Positions 41,692 to 53,899 are shown, numbered from the stretch's first letter. The stretch: 64,000 bases of DNA from Octopus sinensis (GCF_006345805.1 NC_042999.1:170872001-170936000); one strand, 5' to 3'. The notes: generated by a model not told the origin, from the letters alone. Numbers and translations are program-made.

Positions 41692-42125
41692 ATTCTTTTA
41701 CTTCTTTCAGTCATTTGACTGTGGCCATGTTGGAGCATCGCTTTTTAGTCGACCAAATCAACACCAGAACTTATTTTTTCTAAGCCTAGTCTTTATTCTA
41801 TCGGTCTCTTTTTTCGAATCGCTAAGTTACGGAGTCGTAAACACACCAGCATACGGTTGTCGAGCGATGTTGGGTGACAAACACAGACAAACAGACATAT
41901 ACTCATTCATACACACACACATGCGCACATATATAGATGAAAACTGGAAGAAGCCTATCGTATATGTATACGAAGGACTTCTTCCAGTTTCTATTTACCA
42001 AATCCACTTACAAGGCTTTGGTCAGTCTGAGACTATAGTAAAAGACACTTGCCCAAGGTGCCACGCAGTGGAACTGAGCCCGGAACCATGTGGTTGGTAA
42101 GCACGCTACTTACAACTCCTTCGCC
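41692..42125 (-). mobile_element. Complete composite SINE family 1
   Basis: Head 41940-42125, (CA)n linker, 3' module 41692-41900. Confidence 0.8.
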
Positions 42126-42919
42126 TATATACTATATATACATACATACTACATACATACATTATTATTATTATCATTATTATTATTATTATTGTCATGA
42201 TGATGAGGATGATAATGAAGATTACCCTAGGATGCAATATTTATACCAATAGGTAATTTTTTATCCAAATTAACATGGCTGTGTTACTAGAACTCCGAGT
42301 AATGTGGTATTAGCCTTAAGAGATTCACTCATATGCATAAAAGCACAACATAGATCGCAGCAGACGAGTATCGTCTGTCAATGAAACCAGAATTCCAATA
42401 TCAAGTGATTTCATTCTACTGGAAGTCAGCACTGGGAAGTGTCCTGTCACTGCATGCCAGCTAAATTTCAAAGCTACAAGATATAGGGTATCAATAACTT
42501 TTCAGATACTACATATACTCTTTCAGGGCTAATAACGCAGTATACAGTATTCTAACAAGTATTCTGAGTTCAAATATATTTAAGTTGGATATAAAAATTA
42601 CCTTTTGGTATTAATACGTCACTAATAATTGATAAGCTTACTGGGTATTTGCGACTTCAGGGTCTGGAAAGATGGTATTGAATATATATTAGCAGTGAGA
42701 TTTGACTGGCATGCAGTGCCGCTTTCCACGAATGATTTGCCACTGGCAAGAAATCACGTGATAACGGACTTCGGGCGCCCATGACAAACGATTTTCATAT
42801 ACGATCTACGTGTGTGCTTTTAAGCACAAAACGTCTATATGAGAGGATTTCTCAATATCAATAACGCAGCATTCTGTGTTGTAAGAAGGCATCCTGTTAA
42901 GCTAGATATAAAGACTGTT

Positions 42920-42932
42920 TGATATATGTGTA

Positions 42933-42964
<32 letters not shown>

Positions 42965-43291
42965 CATATATATATGTTTGATATATGTATATATATTATA
43001 TATAATAGGTAACTGCACGTACATATACTTAATATTTATTTTTTGAGTATGCATGTATGAATAACTGCGCGTATATATATTTACTATTTACTTATTTTTT
43101 GAGTATGTATGTTAGTATGAATATATATATGTATATATATGTTATATATATATATATATATATTATGTATATGTGTACATGTATGTATTTGTATGTAGGT
43201 GTACATGTATGTATGTGTGTGTATTTATATTTATGGGTGTATATGTATAGACTAGCCTTCTAAGAGTGTAGACATGAATCTGTAGGTACGC

Positions 43292-43334
<43 letters not shown>

Positions 43335-44130
43335 TGTATGTATTTGTATGTAGGTGTACATGTATGTGTGTGTATTTATATTTATTGGTGTATATGTATA
43401 GACTAGCCTTCTAAGAGTGTAGACATGAATCTGTAGGTACGCGTACGTATGTGTATATACGTGAATGTATGTAGATGTATGTATGTATGAATATAACGCG
43501 TGCGTGCGCGTATGCGTATGAGTGTACGAATGAGTGAGTGTACGTGCTAAAGAGTGTGCGTGAGTGAATGAGTAATTGTCTTCCAGTAGACGGATAAATG
43601 GTCTGGCTGTCATAGCCAAGATGTTTGTGACCAAGCGGCCAAAGATAACAAAAGTAATAAACGAAGATAATAAAATTAAAATTAGGGAATGGGTCTGTAT
43701 TTGTATATGTATATATATATATGTGTGTATGTGTAGGTATGCATGGGTACACATATGTATATATATGTGTATATATATATATATGTGTATGTATGTATAT
43801 GTGTATATGTATGTGTATGTATGTATATATATGTGTATGTATGTGTATGTGTGGGTGTATATATATGTGTGTATGTGTATATATGTGTATATAGGGACTA
43901 GTGTGCTGTGTGTGCATGTGTGTGTATGGATTTGTGTGTGTATGCGTGTATGTGAGTATATGTGTGTGTATGTGTATATATATATTTTCCTGTGTGTATA
44001 TGTATGTGTGGTCGTGTGTGTATATATACATGTGTGTATACGTGTATGCAAGTGAGTGTGTGTATGTATACATATATATGTGTATGTGTAGATATGTATA
44101 TGTATGTGTGAGTGTATATATGTGTGTATG
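42920..44130. repeat. Low-complexity TA/TG tract with an internal tandem duplication of about 150 bp
   Basis: GACTAGCCTTCTAAGAGTGTAGACATGAATCTGTAGGTACGCGTA occurs at about 43250 and 43401. Confidence 0.85.
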
Positions 44131-44134
44131 TGTA

Positions 44135-44188
44135 GAGGTATAAGTGAGAATCTCCTTATTTACCTAAAACTCTATTCCCCCCTTTATA

Positions 44189-44221
<33 letters not shown>

Positions 44222-44526
44222 TTTTTTTTTATTTTTTTATATTTTTTATTTTCTATTTTTTTTTTTTTATTTTTTATTTTTTATTTTTTATTTTTTATTT
44301 TTTATTTTTTTTTTTTTATTTATTCTCCTATCTAATTTAACACTGACTCCTTGACCACCCCCCAAGTATGATTTTTTGCGCTATGCCTACCCCCAAAAAG
44401 TCCCCCACCAACACCCCTTTAAACCTGCCTAAATGTATAAATGCCAATACAATTCTTGTTAACTAGCTTCCTGAAGATTTCTCTTGAATGAAACACTTCT
44501 AGTCCTGTAGAAGCTCCTTCTATATA

Positions 44527-44530
<4 letters not shown>
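44135..44530 (+). mobile_element. Penelope-like terminal region
   Basis: Pyrimidine-rich segment ending in a hammerhead-like motif, then AATAAA and (TA)n. Confidence 0.5.
44465..44515 (+). ncRNA. Minimal type I hammerhead ribozyme motif
   Basis: AGCTTC-CTGAAGA-TTTC(TCTT)GAAT-GAAACA(cttctagtcc)TGTA/GAAGCT: 6-bp stem I, 3-bp stem III, GUA cleavage triplet ending at 44509. Confidence 0.7.
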
Positions 44531-44585
<55 letters not shown>

Positions 44586-45105
44586 CGCTTTACTAGGGGG
44601 CCCTATTATATTCCAAAAAAGAAATATTTAGTCAGTGCCCTTAAAAAAGAAAATTCGTGTTGAAGATATTGTATTTCCCAGTTGCTGATTAGTGAACAGA
44701 AATCGTACATAAACTAACCCTTTTTGGACACAGCTGGAGCAGGTCAAAGGGAGATAACTCCATCTCAAGCAGTAGAAGAAACTTTTCGCTTCGAAGAATT
44801 TCGTTTCAGGCTTTTTTATTTTTTACAACCTTGCTGACGAAGTTTGTACACTTAAATTAAGGTTATGTGCTTCCGGTCAATAGTCAAGTGAGTCGCCTAC
44901 ATTGCTAAGAGCAATAACAGACATAAAGCCAATGGTAACTTGTGACTATGTATAAAAATAAAAACGAATGTTTTAGCCACCTCCACCGCTATCAACACCA
45001 ACAATAAAAAAAATCAAATGATTGAGGTATTAAAATTTTGATTACATATACCTACAATAAATGCATAAATATGGAAATAATCCTTACTACAAGCTCTGGA
45101 ATATT

Positions 45106-45283
45106 GGGGAGGGGCATTGTTGATTACTCTGAGCCCAATGCTCAACTGGTATTTAATTTATCGACCTCGAATGGATGAAGAGTAAAGCGGACCTCGGCGG
45201 GATTTGAACCCAGAACGTAAACATGGAGGAATTGGCGCTAAGCGTACTGTCCAGTTTGCTGAAGATCCTGCCATAACACCGCC
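45106..45283 (-). mobile_element. SINE family 2
   Basis: rc homology to 46038-46315. Confidence 0.7.
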
Positions 45284-46037
45284 TTGAATATATGATAGTA
45301 ACGATAAATAGAAACGCAGGACCAAGCCACATACAACTTCCTTCCCAAGCATGAAATTATAATAATAAAATTAAGATCGAAATTAATATGTAACGTTACT
45401 AAAGGATAGATTTACAGCTGTTTTGGACTTTCATCGACTGTTTAGTGCCATAATGTGTATTATGCAGTTGAGTGCACATTCCGATATACGAATACATATC
45501 ATACTGTTAGAAATTATCATCAAGATTCGTTAATATAGAATTCGTTAGTATGGAAACCTTGAAACGCCAAATTTTCTCTTCAGAAGAAAGGGAGAAAGAG
45601 AGGTAAGAAGCAAGTTATTTAGCGGGAAACCGACATTGGAGAACATAATAACATCAAAAGAAGAGAGAAGATGATGATGATGACGTAGTGGTAAGGTAAC
45701 AAAACCGATACGTAAAAACAGGTTGTGAGATCAAGAGTGAGAACAAGTAAATAAAAGGGAGACATTAGGGAAGAGATAATTATAGAAAAATGTAAGAAAG
45801 AAAAGGAAAAAGGGTAAGAGTAAAATGTGAGAAGAAAATTGAAAAGTTATAGACCTGGTTAGTATAAGATAAGTCAACAATCACAAATCTAGGTTTGAGG
45901 AGAATAGAGTTGTAAAGGGGTATCAAAGGGAATTCCGGAAAAGAAAGAAAATAGAAAGAGTAGACAGAAAAGATAGGCACCTCCTGCTATCTGCTGAATG
46001 ACCATTTGGCAGTGTTAATACACTTTAAATATTGACA

Positions 46038-46315
46038 GGCGGCGAGCTGGCAGAAGTGTTAGTACGCCGGTCGAAATTCTTACCGGTGTTTCATCTGTCT
46101 TTACATTCTGAGTTCAAATTCCACCGAGGTCGACTTTGCCTTTCATCCTTTCGGGGTCGATAAATTAAGTACCAGTTTCGTACTGGCGTCGGTCTAATCG
46201 TCTACCCCTCTGCCCCAAAATTTCAGGCCTTGTGCCTAGAGTAGAGAAGAAAAAATATAATCGACTGGACCCCTCCCCACAAATTTCGGGCCTTGTGCCT
46301 AGAGTAGAAAAGAAT
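46038..46315 (+). mobile_element. SINE family 2 with duplicated 3' tail
   Basis: GGCGGCGAGCTGGCAGAA...GAGTTCAAATTCC...; AAATTTC(A/G)GGCCTTGTGCCTAGAGTAGA occurs twice. Confidence 0.8.
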
Positions 46316-46569
46316 ACACTTTAAATTTTGAAGGGTGTAAGCAGGACAGGAGCCGCTAAAAAATTGCAAAGAGTTAAAACACAAAGATTAAGAAAACAAG
46401 AGAAAAAGAAGGCAAAATATATATGTGAGATAAATTAGAAAATGCAAGACGCGAGGGGTGAGGGGTCTATAAGATTATAATTATATAAGTGATAAGAGAA
46501 ATATAAAGATGATAAGGTACCGTAGAAATAAAGGAATGTCATCATTCTAATCAAAACAATAAACGTCGC

Positions 46570-46869
46570 CCTTTTCAAGCCTAGCCAGGCTCATGGGCCC
46601 GGTTTCCCGGTTTCTGTGGCGTATATGTTCCCCCCAGCTGGACGGGACGCCAGTCCATCGCAGCGTTACTCAAGAAACAGGAAGAGAGAGTGAGAGAAAG
46701 TTGTGGCGAAAGAATATAACAGAGGTCACCACCACCCTCCTGCCGGAGCTTCCTGGAGCTTTTAAGTGTTTTCGCTCAATAAACACACACAACACCCGGT
46801 CTGGGAATCGAAACGGCGATCCTCCGACTGCGAGTCCGCTGCCCTAACCACTGGGCAACTGCACCTCCA
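46570..46869 (-). mobile_element. tRNA-derived SINE (family 4)
   Basis: rc GGAGGTGCAGTTGCCCAGTGGTTAGGGCAGCGGACTCGCAGTCGGAGGATCGCCGTTTCGATTCCCAGACC (A and B boxes). Confidence 0.75.
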
Positions 46870-47519
46870 TAACTTCTAATTATGCTTAGACAATATATGT
46901 AAATAGACGAAGAATCCTATATAAAATCTAGGAGTAATATGTTAATCTGAAATACAGGTTTACTGTTATCTAAGACGAGAATATACTGATCCGTGGTAAA
47001 ATAAAACGTAAAAAAGTCGAAATCTGCATAACGCAATTGCCTCATGTCGTTCGTGAAGAAGATGTCTGTTCTCACGTAATATGTTCAGGGACTACCTGCG
47101 TAGAGTGTGCGTAGTGCGACAAACTTGCTAAAGACTTCTGGTCCAATTAACATACCAGGGAGTATCATAGGAAATACTATTATCCATGAGAATTATATCC
47201 ATGAAGATATAAGTCGCTAAAGCAGTGAAAGGTTTGTGCTGAATATTAGAAAATGAACTGACGTGCATTAAGTAGCGTGTTTTGAAATTAGTGGAAGAGT
47301 CAATATATATTTATTTGTTGAATGTGTTAAATTACTATTGGCATTGTTGTTATTGCTGCTTATATGCCTACATTTGTCTATATTATTATTATCTTCAACA
47401 TCAATGATGCTGTTATTACTGTTATTATGATTAGTGTTATTCTCATCATGATTATTCACATGAATGCGAATATATGTAATCTCTCTAGTGTTGGGAGAAT
47501 CCTCATCCTCATCGTCGTC

Positions 47520-47645
47520 TCGTCATTACCACCACCACCACCACCACCACCACCACCACCATCATCATCATTAATATTATTATCATCAGCATCATCAGCA
47601 GCAGTATCAGCAGTAGCAACAGTAGTATCAGCAGCAGCAGCAGCA
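47520..47645. repeat. (ACC)n(ATC)n(AGC)n compound trinucleotide tract
   Basis: Direct sequence. Confidence 0.9.
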
Positions 47646-49368
47646 AAACTAACGCCGACCCTGATATAATAATTGATAACTTTAAAACTTAGTTTCACTT
47701 TTGGGTTCAATCAAGTTATTTTTTTTCGCGGTCTGGTATAGCGTGAAGTGTTACCATTTTTATTCGTACATCTAATATTGCCACTAGTGACATAACATCA
47801 TTATTATTACAATAGCCACTGTAACCAAGTATATAACAACTACTATTATAGGGTAGACCAAACTGCATAATGATTAGGCAAAGTTTCCGCACATTGAAAG
47901 ACACAATTATAAATCCAAGACGTGTAGTAAGAAAAATGCGACACCAACTTAATATTAAAGTATAGTCTAATATATATTTTGAGAAGGGGAATTAGCTTAT
48001 AGAATATTGAAGAAGAATCTACGCACTATTTCAACTTGTAAACAAATGTAAGTGTAAACCATTGAACTGTTCGTTTCTCTTCTTATTGTAGGATGTGTTA
48101 CTTGGGGAGAATCGCAATGGGTAATTTGAGTTTTAGGTTCTTCTATGCAGATTAACGTGAGCAAAACTGGAGATAAGTTGTTAGTGTTAGTATAATGCTT
48201 AGTAAATGGAAATTCTTGCGGGAATGAAAATTAGAGGTAAATTATTGTTATTTGTCACAATCTTATCTATATAGAAATACGCCAAGGCCGAATACATTAC
48301 GTTGTCACGTGGTTAGTTGAAGGGAAAGGCGACAAGACAGTGAAAAAGAGAGAGAGACGTATTAACGACGCGAGGTAAAGGAAAGTAAAAGTTATTACGT
48401 GTACATGATTAAAATGTTAGTTGAAGAAAGAGATGTTGGAGAAAGAGAAGTTAGAAATACGATGTTTAACAAGAGAAAGACTGAGAAGGTAAGGGCAACG
48501 ACGTAAGGGGAAGAAGAGGATCGAATCACTAGGACGGGGGCAGCGAAGAAGGGGAATTATGAATTAAAGAGAATACAGTGAATATTTAACATAGATAAGA
48601 TAACACGTTCAAGATAGTATAGGGGTGATGTTAAGGGAATGGAGAGAGAGAGAGAGGAGGGAGAGAGGGAGGGAAAGGGAGTAGAGAGAGAGAAGAAGAA
48701 GTGTGCGAAGCAGCTTAAGTGTTGAGTTGTGACGTTATTGCTAGCTAATGAATTACGCTATCACGTTGTTAGTGAAATTTTGAGATGAAAATAAACAAAG
48801 GGAGAACTGATGACAACGTGAAGAAGGGAAGGAATTCCAACCATGTCTCGTGGTTCGCTACCTCAACGGCTCCTTTATAGTATCCAGTAGCTAAAGACAT
48901 CATTAAGAGAAACCACGACCGGTTTCGGCCCCTATTCCTCTGCCGTTTTCGACGTGGCGCGGCTCCCTCTTTCGGAGGTGTCTTCAACTCTGGTGTTGAG
49001 TGCATTTCTTCTTTCTCCTTTAATCTTTTGTTCTTTGATTTCTTCGATGCAACGTCAACGAATATCAGCGGGCAAATGATCATCCTGCCAAATCTTCCTT
49101 TAAATATTCGCCGGAAGGCTCCACAAGCTAGTACCAGCTAACTGTCAGCTGACACTGTTTAAGCTTCAATTGACCAATGGAGGGGTAGGGCGCGTAGTTT
49201 TAGCCCGGCGCCCTCTCTAAACCTGCATTCCAACAGAGTCGTGTTAGTTTCAGTTCCAGCAGCCAGAGCCGACCAGCTTTTAGGTAGTACAAGCCTTCGA
49301 ACCAGGAGGCGGGCGCGCTATGAAAGAAATCGCTACCTTAGCCCACCTTGTCAATCAACGATGTTGCT

Positions 49369-50018
49369 TCACCAAGCTATTTTGGGTCTTCTCCTTTCAG
49401 CCATATATAGAAACTGGCTTTGTCGACCGCCTCCTGTATCCTCTTTATTACTTTTCTCAGTACTGAGCTCGAAAATGCAAACCTTCTTTTAAATAACGTC
49501 GCCATTTTCTTTTCAATGAAGCCTCTAGCTCCCACTGCCAGGTAGTAATACTCGACAGTCCATCCCTGTTCTCTGGACTCTTCGATTGATCTATCATACT
49601 TCTCCTTCCGTTGCTCTGCATTAGCGATGTTCTCTTCTCATGACACTGTCAGCTCTAGCGAAATTCCAAATTTCCGTTCTGTGTTCCATAGGATTAAGTC
49701 CGGTCTTTTTGTTGTTTTTATAAGTGGAAATATTACGTCATTTCAAAACCACGGCCAGCTCCCAGTATCCCTTCCGTCTTTCGTCTGCCTCGTATACTTT
49801 ATTTGAAGGCCTGGTCTTATGTCTTTTTCTCTCCTTCTGGAAGTATATTTTCCCGTGCTTTTCCACGTTTGGACACTGTCCTCTATTGTATCTCTCGATC
49901 TTCTCCTTGAGTGCTTCACTTATGACACCGTGGACTTGATTGTAACGCCATGTCTATCTGTCTAGTGCTAGCCTGCAGTTTGGCAGAACATGTCTCAGCG
50001 TCGCTTTCTTTCCGCATC
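49369..50018 (-). mobile_element. HERO/NeSL-like RLE LINE C-terminal fragment
   Basis: CGKKATLRHVLPNC...TWRYNQV (CCHC), DLILWN...LELTVS*EENIANAEQRKEKY...GW.VEYY..AVGARGF, KASFYIWLKR. Confidence 0.7.
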
Positions 50019-50849
50019 TACATTCAGCAGTTGTTATCATTCATCAGTTGTTCTTAATATAAGAGGTGGAGAGAATAAGAGAGGGGTAAATACAAAGTGT
50101 TTAGCTGTAAGAAATTTTAAACATCATATATTAGTGTGACTGATAAGAAAATGACATTTTAATATTTAAGTTTTATATCTTCTATCTGTCGGTCTATTTA
50201 TCTACCTGTGCACATCGAAAGTGAAAAGAAGGCTTATATTAGATACAATAATAACTTACCAAAGATAGAAAGATAGATTTTTCAATGAAAGTCAATTATC
50301 TTAGCAAAATATCAGTGGACGTTATATTTTATTTGTTATTTGAACTTTGTATTGTCAGAATAGATAGATACATCGACAAAAATAAAAGTAGATACAAACA
50401 AACAGCTGAAAGGAACTGAACTGAAATGAAAATAACCTTGGTTGGCAAACAGCTTAGACTAAGCTTTGTTAGTGGAAACTATAATTATGTTCATATTAGT
50501 GGTGGTGGTAATGGTGGTGCTGATGGTGGTGCTGATGATGGTGATTGTAGTGATGATGATATTGATGGAAGTGGAGGTGATGGTGGTGAGTGGATTGTGA
50601 AAAGTAGTTTTTTTTTTAACTGAACTAGATTATTTTATATCGCACGCATTAGTGAAATTATTTATCTCATAGGCATTAACGCAATTATTTATCATCTGCT
50701 CGCTTGAAAATTGAAAGTTTTCTTTTTATGAAATATAAATGACAAACGATGTAAACTAACAAGAGAAAGTCTGAGGCAATATAGGCAACGACGCAAGAGA
50801 ACATTTTCAAGATATTATAGAAAATGAGAAAATGATAGAACGTCACCTG

Positions 50850-51050
50850 TAAACGTATGGTTGAAATTTACAACATTGGTGACATGAATATTCTCTGTAA
50901 TCATTGTGAAGCTCTAAGATTTAGAAATGGACCTCAAATTTTGTAGCGGAATGGGAAAGTGATGCTCCCTCAAGTACAGCCTTATCCAGAAGAACCGAAA
51001 AGATTTTAAACGAAAATAATTCAGAGTATACAATTTCAAAAGAAACACTA
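50850..51050 (+). mobile_element. Helitron Rep-Hel N-terminal zinc-finger remnant
   Basis: IGDMNILCNHCEALRFRN...(CC)RNGKVMLPQVQPYPEE. Confidence 0.65.
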
Positions 51051-51152
51051 ATTTTTTTGCGGCTCTATATGAACTTACAACCAGCTTAAAATAAATTCTT
51101 ACAACCAGCTAAAAATAAATTCGTATTTACTGTGGAATTTCTATTGGCACTG

Positions 51153-51420
51153 CTAGTTAATATTAATGATCTTATTAGGACTGACAACAACAGATATAGT
51201 TGTGCAGATATAGTTGTTCAACCATAATTTTGAATCTGCTGTCTGAGATGCAATATTTTTTCTATCCGAGAAACTATCAGTAAACCGTGTCTGAATATAG
51301 TAATTGACGTTATTGCTGAAGATATCTTCATTTGCAGAAAGATTAGGTATATTAATAGAAATGCTATTAAGAACTGGATTTAGGATGGACATAAGGGGAT
51401 TAGATTTAACAGGCATTCCT
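51153..51420 (-). mobile_element. Possible Helitron Pif1-helicase remnant
   Basis: NPLMSI...FSDRKNIA...NNYI weakly resembles NPL..IV...F.ERAILAP...N.YI. Confidence 0.3.
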
Positions 51421-51699
51421 TAATTTTACGAAAGGAAAATTATAAACCTGAATTTAGTTCAAAAGTAACATCTAAAAAGTAAGCTACTTTAAGTTGAAAT
51501 AAATATCAGAGATGCTTTGCCCTGTGTAGAAACTGGGAGATAATCTGAGGTTTTTCAAGCTTTTCTTCTAAATCCATTGCAATATTGAAAACCGTTCCTT
51601 ATTGTCAGTACGTAACGCGAATTCATTAGCGTTTCGCTTCTTAACCAGTACGCTTCACCTGAGTTGGGTAGTGAGGCCTAAACTAGTCTTCACTTGCCG

Positions 51700-52155
51700 A
51701 AGGTTTCTATTTGCAGTTTCTTAGGAACCATAGGCTCTTTCAGCTGGTGTCAGCCAACTTGCTGAATTTTAAAAGTTAAGTGGGTTCCGCTCAGTCTTCT
51801 GAAGGAAACAACTCACGGAGTACCACAGAAAGCCGCAGCAGCCGATTTCAATAGGGAATATAGCTGTGTGTCATTTTTTGACGAGGACTTTGTCGACAAA
51901 ATTCTGATATTTGGTATTCTTTACTGACGCGAAATATCGAAACTGTCCACTCAGAGCACTGTGCATTTAATCTCTATTGTTCTTGTACTCCTCGGCAGGA
52001 AGGAACCTGTCTGATCGGAGTGATGTTATTGCTGTCTCATCTAGGTGTATGAAGCTGTTATTCATGTATACTCGCATCTCCCAGTCTGAGGCTTCATGCA
52101 AAATAGAAAACAGGTCGCTTACCGTTGCTTTCGTTTTTGGAGCCTTGAGTCTCAT
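51700..52155 (-). mobile_element. Second HERO-like RLE fragment
   Basis: ASDWEMRV...TSLRSD, KYQNFVD, IFPIEIGCCGFL..SVS.FL, AERA. Confidence 0.65.
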
Positions 52156-52852
52156 TCCTCAGTGAATCATATATCTGAAAAACAAGCACACGCTAAAGCA
52201 TAGAGCAGTAAGGTATTTATATGTAGTTAAGAGTATGTCTGATCATAGAGTGACCAATGGCTTCACAATCACAGACTCTTAAGCCGGAGACAAATGTAGA
52301 GTTTCAAATCTGGAAGGCAGGAATCCGTTACGGTCATTTCGTGAGAAAGTCAAAATAAATAAATACCCCGGCGTCAGCGGAGACGGCTTATGTCCACTTG
52401 ATCAGTTCATCCGGGCCAAAAGAATAAGAACAGGGGAGTTTTCACTTGCACTGCTATTAAATTGTAAGGATTCTTCTGGGTCTAATCGGAGAACACGGAA
52501 TCTCATGATTGCAGCAGGTAGCGTTCGAAATGGAAATAAGGACTGTAAATTTCTTGGCGAGTGTTCAGTGATCCATTTTCAGGGTATCTTTGAGTGTCCT
52601 TGCTCGCTCAGCTTTACAAAGGTTGCAGCGTTCGCTCCCGTTTGTGGCTAGAACAATTCAAACTTTTTGAGGAGTCCTAAAAGAGAGAAAATAATTGCTA
52701 ATAAAAGTTCATGTTCAGAAATATCTTGCTAGAGCAAGCAGTAAGAATATGGAAATAACAATTGAAAAAGTTCGTTATAGGTATAAATATAGCATAAAAC
52801 AATTATAAAATGGAGAAAAGATGTTAAAAAATTAAAATTAGATTTAAAAAGT

Positions 52853-52949
52853 ACATACGAACGTTTCAATGGGCAATATAAATATGTAAGAAAAAGTAAT
52901 AATAATAACAATTATAATTATAGCTATGTATTATCATTCTCGTCAGTGT
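52853..52949 (-). ncRNA. Type I hammerhead-like motif with extended AT-rich stem II
   Basis: ACA-CTGACGA-G-AATG(A)TAATA...TATTG(C)CCATT-GAAAC-GTTC-GTA/TGT; stem I only 3 bp. Confidence 0.5.
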
Positions 52950-53072
52950 GAGGAATTTACGGAAAAACATCCAAGAAAGTTATTACTAAAAATCATTTTA
53001 GATTTAATAAGTACATACGAACGTTTCAATGGGCAATATAAATAAAAAGAAATCATTTTAGATTTAATAAGT

Positions 53073-53168
53073 ACATACGGACCTTTCAATTGGCAATATA
53101 AATAAGTAAGAAAAAAAACTATAATAACAATTATGATTATAGTTATGTATTATCATTCTCGTCAGAGT
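53073..53168 (-). ncRNA. Degenerate tandem copy of the same hammerhead-like motif
   Basis: CTGACGA core at 53159-53165; GAAAG-GTCC-GTA breaks stem III. Confidence 0.35.
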
Positions 53169-53479
53169 GAGGAATTTAAGGAAAAACATCCAAGAAAGTT
53201 ATTACTAAAAATCAATTTCAGGGTATTATTTGAGTGTCCTTGCTCGCTCAGCTATACAAAGGTTGCAGCGTTCGTTCCCGTTTGTGGCTAGGCCCTTCTT
53301 GGATGCGCGACCATTGGTCACTGTAATACCGGGCATATACTTAACTACACCGCCCCACCCACACATATAATTGTGTATATATATATATATATATATTTAT
53401 ATATAAGTATTATTGCCGTTATTAATAGCAATAACAAGGTAATAATAACGTGACTAGCAAGTTCACAGTTACAAACAAA

Positions 53480-53860
53480 ATATAGGATAAATTTAGGTAC
53501 AGTAGTGTATATAATACCAAGTACCACTGGCTAACATCACAGTTAATGCTCCAAAATCCACCATAAACTCACGATAAAGATACACACGAGCAATGCAATG
53601 AACATATGAGAAATAGGCTTACATTTTCATTGAATACATAAGTAAGTAATGCATATTTCAATATCAATTGATCTTACGCTTTGCATGACAAACATACTCT
53701 ACTATTTCTAAAATATTCACTACATTAGCACGACTGCGTTCTTTACATTAAACGTCCCACTCGCGTGTATCTTTATCGTGAGTATATGGTGGATTTTGGA
53801 GCATTGACTCTGATTTTAGCCAGTTGGGTGTTATATACCCTACAAAATTTAAATTTACTA
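53480..53860. mobile_element. Foldback element with 65-bp or longer inverted repeats
   Basis: 53526-53590 against the rc of 53760-53824: 60/65 identical, with patchier extension outward. Confidence 0.7.
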
Positions 53861-53862
53861 TG

Positions 53863-53896
<34 letters not shown>

Positions 53897-53899
53897 ATA

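Larger units (their letters stand above)
52652..53215 (-). mobile_element. Hammerhead-bearing element with internal tandem reiteration, flanked by a 75-bp direct repeat
   Basis: 52577-52651 is repeated at 53216-53291; the left part is nearly identical to 55511-55815. Confidence 0.65.
52222..53349. mobile_element. TGT...ACA terminal-inverted-repeat element (Ginger-like MITE or solo-LTR-like), copy 1 with an internal insertion
   Basis: TGTAGTTAAG(AG)TATGTC...GTGACCAATGG against its rc at 53311-53349 (about 39-bp imperfect TIR). Confidence 0.55.

Noticed and set aside
41941-41992. Hairpin AAACTGGAAGAAG...CTTCTTCCAGTTT
   Set aside because: A local inverted duplication of the SINE head's end; no evidence of function.
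48769-49083. 104-aa minus-strand ORF
   Set aside because: No recognisable domain; another frame hints at a decayed L2/CR1 tail (WNSFPS), too weak to call.
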